The translations under genes were made by a program, and so were the position numbers. From contig NC_088854.1 of the NCBI RefSeq assembly GCF_963853765.1, positions 12,648,001 to 12,712,000 of the forward strand: a stretch of 64,000 nucleotides of DNA. The letters are read 5' to 3'. This document shows, one piece after another, positions 24,501-38,311 of this stretch. The notes below the pieces were generated by a model, which ran no database searches, had not been told where the DNA came from, and was given only the letters and a program-made list of their open reading frames with translations. Origin of the DNA: Magallana gigas (lineage: Eukaryota). The first letter of the stretch is position 1. Each line of letters begins with the position of its first letter.

Positions 24501-27500
24501 TTTGATGATTTTGTTATTTAAAAAAATCATCTGCATCGGGAATATAAAAGATAAAGTATTTAGTTATATAGGATCCGTTGAAAGGTAGCCAAAGTTAGTT
24601 GTAAGACCTCCTTTAATAGGTTATTGTACAACGGCGGATTAAAATTGAGCATAGATTGAAAGTACGCCAATCTCAATATGTTAAAGTTTTGTGTTTTACT
24701 TACACAAACTCAATGCATATGTGTATTCACTATAAATAAATGCTTAATACAAGCTAAATTGTCTTAACAATAAAAACAGGAATGAAATCTTGCACAGTTA
24801 GGAATGAACATGTCAGAACTGGAATATTAAGAGTATTAGAATCAATACGTTTGTTTTTACCTTTAAATAATTAATCGATTTTGACATGTTAAAAGTTTCC
24901 TGCGTTCTGTTTTAGTAAGAACATACTAGTTAGAATTATCACTTTCTTGTCTTGTGAGAAAAACTACTACATTATCCGCTTGTATCAGTGCAAACGATAT
25001 TATTTGTTCATATTTTATTTCCTATTTTTACGTTTTTATCTGTTTTCTTCATATTCTAAACCGTATTATTAAAAGTAATAATATCAATGTATCTCAAATA
25101 TACGCACACCCAGTACAATAGATTCCGAATTGAAGCAAGTTTGCAAAGATTTGAATTTAAGCACGGCTGTTTTAATAAGACATTATTAACCATTGAATAA
25201 ATTTTGGTTATTAACCTTTATTCATTGATCTTTATCACGTATTAAAATATGGATTGCATGCTATTTTTATTTATTTCCGAACTTTTTCCAAGTAAACTAT
25301 TTAGAAATCAAAAACACAACTAATCGACATTATATTTTGTTCACCCTGGTACGCTCAGTATCGCTATCATTTGACTCATGTATTTACATATTCATTGGGA
25401 TAAATTACATGTAATTCAAAGTATAAATAGGCAAGTTCATTTCAAAGTTCACTTTAAAAGTAAGCTTATTATAAATTATTTGACTTTATTGACATATTTT
25501 TTCAGTTGACGGCACTTGTCTGCAACGATCTATTATTTCTGGCGTGTGACTTGATCTTCAAAAAAAAAAATCAAAATATGTCAATATATTGCATATTCTA
25601 AATGCCATTAAAAAGCCTAGCAAATGGTACACAGCATAAAAAAAGAGTTGTTTTTCCCTTCCATTTATGTGTCAAAACTATAACCCTTACATCAAAAATG
25701 TGTTTTAGTGCTCGCATTTTAAAAATGAAAATATCGTATTGTCAATTAGTACGTTATCAAATGAAAAAGCTTCTATGTCTTTGGTCTCTGACATGCAAAC
25801 ATTTGCATGATCATAAACGCAATTGTTTAAGAACACCAGAATTTATCTAATACATGTGCAAAAAGCCTTTTTCTCCTTGTGCCACAGTCAACCTTCACTA
25901 GATATCGTTAACGGACGTTCGACGATTAAAAAACAGAAGGTATTTTTGATGTCCGTTTTTGTAAAGAGTCTCTTGTAGGTTCATGCAATTAGTGTAAATG
26001 TATCAAAGTATTAAATTAATAATAAATAAATTTGTATTAAAATGGACAGCAGCTGTCCTATTACTGAAAACAGTTCGTATATGCACAAACAGCGTCACGT
26101 CCGAGTTCCAACGACTGATGAGTAACGAACAAGTACATGTCTATCAGGTAAAACAAAGCATGCAAATGCACAATGCATGTGAACACACGAAACAATTATC
26201 AGACATTACCTCAACAGCTGTACCGGTCATGCCAAAACAAGTTCGGTTCATGATTTTATTGGTGTCACGCACAAAAGTTTTGTATTTAAAAAACATGACG
26301 ACGCATATATGTACTTGAACTCTAGACAGGTCCTTTTCAGGTTTCGAACATTCAAAATCAATTTTTTTCCAAACGACAAAGGAAATTGAAAAATTTCCCA
26401 AGGAAGAAACCGAGAAACATGTAAACGAAGGAATCGAAATTATTATATATCGGTTAGAGCTTTATCAGCTGTATCTAAAACTGTATCTTAAAGGGTGTGA
26501 ACACTTTTTCATTGAAGTGAATGCCGCTATTTGGATCTTATTGCACTTCAAAACTTGTTATTGCATATAAAGTCATATCTTATAAATGTTTCATTTTCTT
26601 TTACCATACATTAACAGAAAGATGAATTTGCACTGCATAAGTTTATTACTACTTTGCATTGATCGTTGTCTAATGAAATTACACGTGCTTTACAGATGTA
26701 GTCGATGACTTAAAACAACTATAACTGCCTGTAAAAATGTCTCCAAAAAGCATTTATAATAATTAACGAAAACACGCGTTTCGTATACGACAAAAAGTAT
26801 AGGCATTACTCAAATTCTTCAAATTTATGATAGTGTACCAGAAAGCTTCAAAATGTTGCCAAACCTATTTTTCATTTTTACCACGAAATTTTTTTAAAGT
26901 AAAATAGGACAAGGCTGTATTAACTCCACTCCGTTATGAGGCATCACATATGTTCCGCACAAAAAGGTTAAAACATTTTAACTTCTAAATATAAAAAAAT
27001 ATTACTGTATGTTATTAGGATTTCAAAGAATTTCTTAGCGGCCATTATTCTGTACACAATGCAATACGTTTTTTCCTTGAACATTAATATACCAATTGTG
27101 TATTGAATGAAAACACAACATTAAATCTAGTCAACTCAGAATGTACTGAATTTTGTTTTTGGGATGTAACAAAATGCAAGTTTGTATAACAAAACGTATA
27201 TAACTCAGTTTAATCTTAATATTTTTGTCAATAACGCTTTCTTGATATATTTTATTGTTTTGTCTGTGATTTATTATGTATCGTCATATTTTGCTCTAGT
27301 TTTGAAGGAGGTCATCCTACCTTATATTCGCAATTACCCACCGAAAAGGTTACACATATGGCTATCTCATTTTTCTTTTTTTCCACAGGGATAACACGTG
27401 TATGTGGGTGCGCTTGGTTTTACTTACCTATTTTAGATAGGGTTTAAACTGGCACTACTTGCCTTTTTCATTCCTTTCCTACACTAATTTTTTGATTATT

Positions 27501-27502
27501 AT

Positions 27503-27525
27503 TACTACTACTACTACTACTACTA
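27503..27525. repeat. (TAC)7 microsatellite
   Basis: Perfect trinucleotide run preceded by (ATT)n. Confidence 0.9.
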
Positions 27526-30304
27526 AAGCTTTTTGACTGTTTGAATTCAATAAACAAACTCAGAAAGTTTTTTCTAAAAAAGATTTGATACAGATTAACT
27601 ATTTGGAGGTGGCAATTTCACAACTTACATTTTTTTTCTCTCTTATGATATTTTATGATGAAGATGGATTGTATTTTTAATAAATGTTATTGTTGCCGTG
27701 TACTTTTTGGTATTTTCACAGATAATTTATATATATCACCAACAACAAGATAACATCAATAAATTTCCATCTTGTCGTTACGAATTGCTTTTAAATCGAA
27801 ACTGCCAGAAAATTCCATGCCTGATAAATTAATAGTTTAATTGGTTGTTTGGATGAGGTTCTACAAAAAGGGCCACATTATGTAAATCATGTTAAAAATT
27901 CCTTGATTAAGTTGCAATATGTCAATTATAAAAAAAGAAGATATAAGAATACGGTTCATAAAACTGTAAAATGAGTTCCATTAATTACATGTAGTAAATA
28001 ATGCCTTTTTAATTAAACGACATGGTTGACAGAAATAGATTAAAACCGATGAATTAGAAAGCCACGTTTTGTATGAATTAACATATTTAATATGTATTAT
28101 AGTACACATCACATTTAACACAGAAACGAAATAAATGCTTAAAAAACAATGTCTGCTTTTGAAGACACGTGCATATTCCTCTGAGAAATAAAACTGCAAA
28201 TTCTCAAATCTGGTTAAAGTTCAGTCTTTCATACCGATCTCTGTTTGTCGCTCACAAGTAACTATGCGAAAACAAATAACACGAAATAAAGGTCCTGTTT
28301 GTTTTTTTTAAATTGCACATTCCCTTGCTGATTATTTATTTACTGATTTATGTGCATGTATATGTATACGCATCTTTAGTCACGAATAAAACTAAGTAAC
28401 ATTTATCTAAAAATAAAACTCCTATACTGCATACCATTTTTCTTAATAATTTAGGAGGATACAATATAAAAATGTCTGTCTTGAAAAGTGCATGGCACTA
28501 GTGCACATAAATAAACTTCGAACTTAAAAAAACATTTTGAACAATATCATGTTAATGATTATAAATTTCTAGACAGTCGAAAGATTGTACATGTACTTCT
28601 AAGAAATTCCTTGCAATGAGATGGTTTTACGACTGCTGTATTTAATCATTTTTGATGTTAACGATAATGTAATGGGTCTAACCTTTATGTGGGTCTTGGT
28701 GGGTCGTGCCTTTGACACAGTGAGGGGTTGTAATCATCCTCGGTGGTATGTCTGACCTTATTTCGGGCTTTGTATAACAGACAAGTCAAATTTCCTTGTG
28801 TTCTCGTGATAATCGTAGAAACTTTGCACTTTATAAACCTTTACGTAACAGATAAAGTACGATAAATTTAATGTATAAGTCTTATACTATATACATTAAT
28901 TTATTAACTTTTTTAGTCCACACAGCCAATTTTGCAAACCTTTGAAACAATAAGTCCACAATCGTTGCTTCGTGTGTGGTCGGACTTGGTGCTTGGTTCA
29001 ATCAAAAGTTGCGGCAGACCTAAACTTATATTACTTCGCACCCGTTGCTTTGTAAAGCGCTTTTAGTGGTTTTGGGATAAGCATGTACATGAATCAAACC
29101 CTTCTATTTGTCCAGTTTCCTGGATCGATATTCCTTTCTTATATTTTCAAAATTAAAGGACATTTATAAAAAGGGGTTGCAAATATAACACACAGCGTAG
29201 TATTTACATATCTAATGAATCAGGCATTTTAAATTGTCGCAAACAATTCTTGCTTTCATATTAATAAAACAAAATGATAGCAAATCTAAGGGTTTTGTCC
29301 ATATTAGCCATATTTGCGTTAAAGATTTGTATAGTTTTACAATGTTTACAATGAGTCGTTTTTGACATTAATAAACTCGTCTGAAAGTATGCTAAAATCA
29401 ATATTCTTTTTAGACATTTTAACATAGGTATGCATATAAAGATTGTTTTCATTACTTATGTAAAAACAACCATCTCCTATTTCTAAAATTTAAGGACATG
29501 AATATCTTCTACGTAATTTACAATACATTAAAGAAAGAGTTTAGTTTTCAAAAAATTAGCATGGTGGCAAATTTAATCAACATTTAAATATGCTAATGAT
29601 GATAGCAAAAAGTACATATTTCTTTTTGTTTATTGTGTAAATTCGCGTCGTTTATTGCGTTTGCACAACGGTTACATTGTGTCAAAACAAGTAAGAATGC
29701 AATTGAAATCAAAACAGCTGTATTTTTAAAAAAATAATTGCATGTATACAACTGTTACATTAAGAAATTGGTTAAAATGATCTTTGTTATACAATAATAT
29801 AAACTATTTATTATAATTTCATCACATTAAATATATTTTATGCATTATCTATACAGTGTGTACTTTTTAAAAATTAGATATGATGAAAATTATCTTGATG
29901 TTTATGAATGGTCCATTTTTAAAGCGCTAAGCATAGTTAAGCGCTTTATTGTCTTTAGACTTCTACTCCCGCTGCATCAAATAACCGCCCCCTATGAGCA
30001 GAAATAAACATCAGTTAAACTTATAAAGGAACTAGTTTCAGGGGTTTACGAACAAAGTTGCACAGGTTATTGTTAATATATAAAGTACGGGCTATTGTGA
30101 ATCTAAGGTGCGGAGCTTATGTACATCATTGCAGGGGCTGCCACGCAGTGATAAGAAAATACAGTGCCTAAACAGAATCTGATATATAGAACTTTCTAAT
30201 TAAGCTTGCACAAAGTAAATTTCCTTTAGAACCACGTTAGATTAGCACTTTTCAGTACTATCAGTAACTTGATTACATAAGTTCCCTTTTGCAGACTTTT
30301 TTAA

Positions 30305-30797
30305 AGGGGCATGGTCACGATTTTGGTCATATTTTATTTTTCTATTTTTATTATCTAAAATGCTATAGAAATGCATTTCTAATGATCGAATGAAATTTGG
30401 GTGCCAGTCGATGAGTTTTAAGCAAGATACAGGGCTCACCATTCTTCGTCATCTAAACAAGGCTCGTGCCCTATTTTTGTTTACATAGGTTCAATATACT
30501 AGTACAAAATCTTTTTCAAGCTGATTTGTCTATCTTCTTATTGATTTTAAGCATAAATAAACAGTTCCGAACGATTAACACATTCATTATAGGTCTAAAA
30601 CGGGAATATTCACTTCAACATTCAAAAAGTAAACAAACGATTTGTTTACATAGCGAAAAATTGTAAGCACTGTAACTCGCTTATAACTCAACAACTGACA
30701 CTCAAGTTTTGGTTGCCTATTAAAAATGCCTTACTGAAGCATTGTAAACATTAAAATCGAAAAAATGATTTTTGACCAAAATCGTGACCATGCCCCT
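30305..30797. mobile_element. 493 bp non-autonomous Kolobok-type MITE
   Basis: Perfect 25-bp TIR AGGGGCATGGTCACGATTTTGGTCA (30305-30329 and 30773-30797), flanked by TTAA at 30301-30304 and 30798-30801. TTAA TSD with 5'-RR termini is the Kolobok signature; piggyBac termini start CC. Confidence 0.85.
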
Positions 30798-32339
30798 TTA
30801 AGATGCTTAACAGGGTTTCACAGCATTTAGAACAATGTAATAAGCATACCTTTTGGCTGCTTGTCTATACATGTAGGACTCTCAGAGTCGTTAAACTGAA
30901 ATCATACACCACAAAAAAACCACCCTTAACCCTCTGTTGTAATTTAAAATTACATTGAAGTTAGTCTTGCTAAAAAAGTCAGGTTTGAATAACCAAATTA
31001 ATATCCGGTGTAGCCTTCTCTGGTCTCTATTTCTTCGATAATGCAATCTCGTCAGACAAGATTTAGTTCATACGACGTATTCCTTGGGCATATTTAGCAG
31101 TTGTTCCACATTTTTTGGGATTGAGAAGCCCGAAGAAGATAATAAGGATACATCTATTATTGTTTTTAAAAGAAAATCGTCAGAGAGACATTTATTGCAA
31201 CATTTAAACTGTTTGGGGATCAGGAATTGCTCCATATATCTCGCTACTCGAATATTTAACATTAAAATTATAAACACATTTGTACACTAAACACGATATT
31301 AGGTTGTATTCAAATTCTATCAATATCTAGCTTTTTTGAATTAATATTCAAAACATGTTTAAAGATACTCCTAAGATTGTCATGGACAGAAACTCATTTC
31401 AACGATAGCAGAGCTTCAAAATCTCATCGTGTAATTAATCTAAAATACTGAAACACATGTATTATTCTCTTTAATGTGCATTTGACAGTCGGTCTAAATT
31501 AAAAATATATAATTTATAGCGGTTCAGTGTTAAAAGCGACTTCCTATGCAACAGCATACTTATTTATCCAAGCAATGTTGATATTGTCGTTTCGATAATT
31601 TATTATGTTAAAGTTCTAGTCTATTATTTATTGATTGTCATAAATGCAAATGCGATTCTATATTACCAATTGCTGAAGTTTAACACAAAATGCAATTATT
31701 TCTGCAGTACAATACCTATTTTTACTTTAATCTAAGTAAGAATTAGGTTAAATTAAAATATTTTCTAAAACAAAACCCCATGATTGCGTTCTTTTCAAGA
31801 CATAAAGAATACAAAACATCAATTATCAAAAGTAGTTTTCAAATTTTTGATAACAATTTACAATTAGGAAGAATTATTCACCGGCAGCATACGATTTCCC
31901 TCGTTTTTAATCTCTGAACACCTCTGGTATGATCCACGTATCTAAGTTAATCTAAGTCCAAAAACTCTAGTTTGTTTTCAATTAAGCAAATCTGCATCGT
32001 CAGCACAAAGTTTTCTTCGGTATAGTAAAATACCTAACAACTGACTATTTGGACGATTACAAGTTTATTGTCCCCCCTCGAGAACAACTATTTTCCTCTG
32101 CTTCACCTCATAAAATGGATGTTATCGAGGGGAACAATAAACTTGCTATCGTCCTCATAGGCAGTAAACAGGTATATATTGAAACAAGGAATACAAACAT
32201 TAAACTTTCTTTGAAAAACATGATTATGTATTAGTAAACAAATTATTTGATTACGTCATGTGATTACAGATATATTTATTTACAATACGTGTGAATCTTT
32301 ACCATTTTACTTTGATATTTAAAGTACGCCAAGTCGAAG

Positions 32340-32790
32340 ATGGTATGTGCATTTGACTTCACCAGAAATAATTTCATTCTAAAGATATGTGCTGTAATAT
32401 TAGCCATTGACCTAAATTTTAGTTCAAGGTCACTGCACATCCTTTGCTTAGAATCACTATACACATGAAAGATAAGCAAGATATGAATTTTATGTTAAAT
32501 ACATGTATTATATGATCCAGAAAAGGACTTTTCAAAGAGTTCTGATGAGACATTGACCAAGAAAAATGGTTCAAGGCCACTACATACCCTTTTTCCAAAG
32601 GCTTGAAGTATTAAACATTTTGGGACAACAGGGGAGAATATATGCCAGTGGTCCAAACAAGGAATAACATATGTCTGCTATGACCTTAACCTTGGTTATG
32701 TTGGTTCAATGTCAGGGCACATGTCTAACTCAAAGGCAAGTGAAGTAGGACAAACATATGATTGGACAGACGCAGATTGGAGCCCTAATA
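32340..32790 (+). mobile_element. Degenerate HINE/Helentron-derived repeat
   Basis: Repeated TGACCT..GTTCAAGGTCACTGCACA / GGTTCAAGGCCACTACA / ATGACCTTAACCTTGG modules, ending in GGACAGACG..GGAGCCCTAATAA. Confidence 0.4.
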
Positions 32791-33077
32791 ATGTTCATGC
32801 AAATCGGTCATATATCAATATGTCGCATATTAGATAATAATTATTGCATTTAACAGTTGCACATCTTCAAATGCATTTGACGCAATTTATCCAACATTAT
32901 ATATCATAATGGTTAAACAGTCAAATAAGCAACAAATAATATTGCATTACATGTACACAAAAAATCGATGCGGTTTATAGAAAAAAATAATTAAGGAGAA
33001 CTGACTTTACAAGGTTCAAAATTCTCCAGCATTATTTAAATAATAGTTTGATTCAAAACACAATAATATTCAAGATC

Positions 33078-34822
33078 AAGTACAACTTTTAATCTGTTAG
33101 GGATAGAATTCTGTGTAGAGTTAGATAAAATTACTGAATTAAATTACAATATACAACTGCCAAAAGTTCTTTCACTGATTCAACAATGGAACAGAAGGGT
33201 TCTAACTCCTGTTGGTAGAGTAACCGTGGCCAAGACTTTAATTTTACCGAAATTGAATCATCTATTTATTTCACTACCCACACCTGATAAAGCATTTTTA
33301 TCCTCATTGAATACAGCAATATTTAATTTTATATGGAAATCTAAAGGTGATAAAGTAAAAAGAAAGATAGTTACTCAAGATTACACAAAAGGTGGTTTAA
33401 AAATGCTGGATGTCCATAATTTTGTTTCTTCTCTCAAATGCTTATGGATTAAAAGGTTAACTCTCAAACACAAACCATGGATGGATATTTTTTTTGCAAT
33501 TAACGGCAAAAATGTTACTATGAAAATGTTAGAGTTTGGGGATGATTTTATAAGAAAGATGATTAAACAAAATAATGTTTTTTGGCAAGATGTTTTTCAA
33601 TCATGGCACCAGGTAGTGAACATGTTAAACAAACAGCCTGGTTATATTAAGAAAAATATTATCAATGTTCCAATATGGCACAACTCCTGTATTACAGTTG
33701 CCAATAAATCTTTCTTTATTAATGTATTGTACCAACATGGTGTAAAGTTAGTTGGAGATTTCTTACTTGCAAATGGAGCTTTTTTGACAAACGATAATTT
33801 TTTACATATGTTTAACTTGCCTGATATATATGTCATGCAATACAACAGTATTATTAGCGCTATTTCAAAGTTTTTAAAATCAGTGTTTGTTGAAAGAGTA
33901 AATATTGAAAAAAATTGTACTCCTTTTTTACCAATGTATTTTGAAGTGATTTTATTGAATGAAAAATGTGCCAAGGCAATTTATAAAATTTTGAACTATA
34001 CTGAAGCGGTTCCAACTGCAATATCAAGATGGAATAATGAATTACCACTTGAACAAAATTTGTGCATACAAGACTGTTTCAAAATATGTTTTATGACAAC
34101 TAATGATACATCTGTTCAATGGCTACAATACAGAGTTCTACACAGAATTCTTCCTGTTAACTATTATTTTAAAAAAATCAAGATCATTACAAATGATTGT
34201 TGTACTTTTTGTAAAGAAGAAATAGAAACAATACAACATGTATTCTTTAGTTGTACTAATGTTTTACCATTGTGGAATGATCTTAGTATGTCTATATATA
34301 GAAAAACAACAAAGAGGGTTGGATTCAATGTTATCAATATACTATTTTGAGAAAATTCTCTAAGTGTAGACAATAAACCTGTGAACTTCATAATTTTATA
34401 TACAAAACAATTCATATATATATGTTTGAAGCAGAATAAGATTCCAAACTATGTTGATCTATTATATTAATTGAGTTTTAAATACAAGATAGAGAAATAT
34501 GCATCGGTTCAAAAATTTCAACTTAGGAAATTTGAAAAATGTTGGTCACAGTGGGAAGATCTCTTTTGTTTATAATTGTATACCTATATTTTACAGAGGT
34601 GGAATTTGCTACGAATATTATTATTTCATTTATTATTTTTATTAACCATTTAATATACAACCTCAGGTTCATTTAATTTTGATTTTTGAATGAGTGTATG
34701 AATGAAAGTGGTATGAAAGAGTGATTATAATATTTAAAAAAGAAGTTGCCATCAGTTTAATAGTAATTATGTATGTTTGAATTTGAAAAATGCAAATAAA
34801 AAAAAAAAGAAAAAAAAAAAAA
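33078..34822 (+). mobile_element. 5'-truncated L1/Tx1-clade LINE (3' part of ORF2, 3'UTR, poly(A)) with 16-bp TSD
   Basis: TSD AATAATATTCAAGATC at 33062-33077 and 34823-34838; poly(A) ~34796-34822. The frame from ~33088 reads FNLLGIEF...WNRRVLTPVGRVTVAKTLILPKLNHLFISLP...FIWKSKGDKVKRKIVTQDYTKGGLKM...CTFCKEEIETIQHVFFSC (CCHC zf-RVT). Premature stop at 34348-34350; natural stop ~34573-34575. Confidence 0.92.
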
Positions 34823-37800
34823 AATAATATTCAAGATCGCCATCAAGGTCATCATGTTTTAAATCAGAATGAAAATGTTAATAAATAAGGGAATGTAAGT
34901 TGGGATTTGACTGTCTTTTTTAAAGTTATGGTGTTTTTAGGGCTTTCTGTTGTTGAAAACTGGACATACATTTAAAAACAAATACAGGCATTAAAAACCT
35001 TTAATAATTTACTGATGTTGAGAATGTCCTTAATTTTTGACTTCGGATTCTTCATGAGTTACATTGCTAGCTTACTATATACAATTTCTATTAAACACTG
35101 CTTTGTTCATTTCAAACCTTTAAATGGTCTTATTTATGTTCAAAACTACGAATTTAAAGAATAAGGATAAGTTTTATAAAATCATTAACACCACATAATC
35201 TTCCTTCTCTAAATTTGATCGAGAGCAACTACTATATCGGCTATTAAGCCTTTAGAGTTAACACTGAATGTTTGATAGAGTACAATAATCTTCGATGTAC
35301 TATATGTAATACTATCTTTTAATGAATGTGCCAGTGTTACAGCAACAGATTAAAGCTGAAATTGTTTATTGTCAAAGAACGACCGAGTCTGGAAGATGTA
35401 TTATCCAATCAAAATTAGACAATGTAGAATATTACGACCAAATGACCTCACTGAATAATTTAGCAATACATTTTCAAACACATCAAACTTCTTATTTTTA
35501 TTGTTTAAGATTAGTTAATTAAGGTAACATTACAGATGAGTAATTCTTTTGAAATGCTGAGAATTATACATAGGAGAAATTTACATTAAATAAGGAAAAA
35601 AATATTATAGCGCAAACAAAACTACAAGATAAAACGATGTTGAGAAGAGAACTAATTATATGCACGCGTGGGCTGTTATGTCCACTGATGTCTTTATGGC
35701 CGATAATTACAATCTGAAAAAATTATCATTTTTCAAAATTGCGGGGGAGGGCGAACCTACTGATAACTCTTTTTAAATGTTGACAGCAGGAAAAAATTTA
35801 ATTAAATTATTCCAGCAAATCTCAAATCTTTGCCTTTGTCCTTACTTAAAAGGGAAAAAAACACGCAAGTTAATTTATCAAACCCTTTTATGCTTTGATT
35901 AAATCATAATGGTTTTTCCCTTAATAAAGATGCAAAAAGGGAGATAATGTACAGTATATGCCTTGAATAACAGCATTGTAATTTTTAAGGGATGAGATTT
36001 AATTATTTTTAACATATATGTAACATATAATTATATGCGACATAAGCTGCAAGAATAGTTTCAATACGAAAATTAAAATGTGTTGACACACGGGATTTAA
36101 AAAATTTAGTCTGAGATATTTTCAACCACTCTGTACTTACCAATGTTGTAATGTCATGCCTTGATAAACTCTGCTGAGAAGAGCTGAGAAGACCTGCTAA
36201 TATATCAAACTAAAAAGTGCTTTCAAAATAACTCATTTTAAATTTGAATTTCAATACAAATTGCTAGTATATATAGTTCGTGTAGAGATGTAATTCAGCT
36301 TTTGGTTATATGAAAGAACTTGGAATTATCTGTAATTATCAATTAGTACTTTTTTTTGGTTGTTTTCAACACTGAACTTTGCATTTTGTCAACTCGTTTA
36401 AAGAAACCATTTTGAATTTTTTTTTCTCGATATTAACGCACTTTGAACAAAAACATGTTCAGAGTTTGGTCGAAATAATTGATACTTTTATATGCAATAA
36501 ATATTTGTTTTAACCTTTTTTAGCTCAATGGAATACATTTAAAAAAGCATTCTCAGAAAATCAACAACAGGAAGTTTTATTAGCTGGCAGGGTCATTGTT
36601 TAGCTACAAACATGACTCTGAAATTGTTCCATGTATATTGGAAGAGGACACTGCAGTAACAACAAATTAGTACAAAACATTATTATTCTGGAAAAAGAAA
36701 ACTGCTTTGAAATACAGCAAATGTGCATTTAAAACACACCATTTTGATATCATGCAAAATTAACATGAGGCACTCTAAGAGATTAGCATGATACAGGTTA
36801 AATTTATATTTCCAGTTCTACGTGGTCAAAGGGAATAAACTCCAATTTTGGTAGAGGAACTCCGAGTTGTTTTTCACAGGAAAACTATTCAGTATACGTA
36901 TCAAATTCACACCTTGGTTCACACTTTAACAGAGAAAATGATCTTTTGATAAAAACTGGACAAAGCTAGAGCTAATAACATGTCTGTTCACAGACAAATA
37001 TGTTTTTACAACCATCTCAGTGGGTTTGAGTTGTATACTGTGTATGTATTTTTTCATGTAAAGGGAAAAAAGAGGAACCTTGATGAGTAAACTTTTTTCT
37101 ACTTCCTGTTTTAAATTTCTTTTTTTCTCTTTTTCTTTTTCATTCTTTCTCTTTTTATGTTTCTATGAAAATATTGCTTTCTTTTTCACATAAAGATTCA
37201 GGAAGATTATATCATTTTTTAATTCAAGATCGACTTGAGCTTGAAAATCGAACACTGATTTATCTAAATAAATGTTACTATTCGCTGAAATTATTCTTGG
37301 TCGAAAGCAGATTAAAAAAAAGCTGTGTAAATCAAAGTGACTTATTTATTTAAGTACTTCGTGGAGTTTAGATATTTAAGGGGGATGTGTACACCAAAAA
37401 GGTTTAGGCAATTTTTGTTGCATGCATTTGTTACTAATAATAGGCACAGTATTCAAGAATAATAGGCCTCAAAATACAATACTCTATTTTTAAGAGAATT
37501 TTTAAAATATCAGTCTGCTTCCAAATAACCCTTTATATGTCAAATTTTTGAACATTTCTGTTTTAAAACTCTTATGAAAGTGAAATGTTATAAAGTTTGA
37601 AAATGAAAAACAAAATAATCAAAATAGAAACAATATTTGTTGGTTAATGAGATGAAAAAAAAAGAAATTGAATAAAATTGAAAAATTAAAAGAAATGCTG
37701 AATTATTGCAAAAATCTTGGTTTTGAAAGATCCTGTTTAAGAGTTGTCTTTCTTGATTTTACTTGGTCTCAAATATCCTGGGACCCATTTTCTAATTAAA

Positions 37801-38311
37801 AAAAATCACGAAGAAAATTTTTTAAAAGGTACAATTATATGCTAGAATGTAGGAATAAGGTTAGTAGTGCTTATGATAATGTTTGAATCTGAAAAAATAT
37901 ATTTTTAATGAATGCATTATATATATATTTAACTCTTTAAAACAAAAACAAAATGTTTGTAGTTACATTGCCTTTTACTTTTTTATATACAATACAAATT
38001 ATAAACAACCATATTGTGGTAATTAAAAACATGCTCTTTTGCAAGATTCTGTCATTCCCTCATTTGACTTGCAAATCCGGGCTTCCACTGCTATTACTAC
38101 CTAGCTCTATCTATTTTAATTACAATTATACATTAGTTAAGTGTCAAACTTTCAATGCAAGTCTTATACTGCAAATGTTTTAAATTTGGGAAGATGGGAT
38201 CAATTAATACAAGAGATGGTACTACGGAACTTTAGTTTTATATTAATCATGCATATATGGTTCATTTGAAAATATTATATCTGCTCACCTTTACCGATAA
38301 TCACTCATATA

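Noticed and set aside
26115-26130. CTGATGAGTAACGAAC, hammerhead-like core
   Set aside because: GAAC instead of GAAA and no supporting stems I/III seen.
25998-26430. Overlapping 106 aa and 85 aa ORFs
   Set aside because: No recognisable motif, weak splice context, typical of AT-rich chance ORFs.
37376-37395. TTAA-GGGGGATGTGTACACC, possible Kolobok left end
   Set aside because: No matching inverted partner found in the window.
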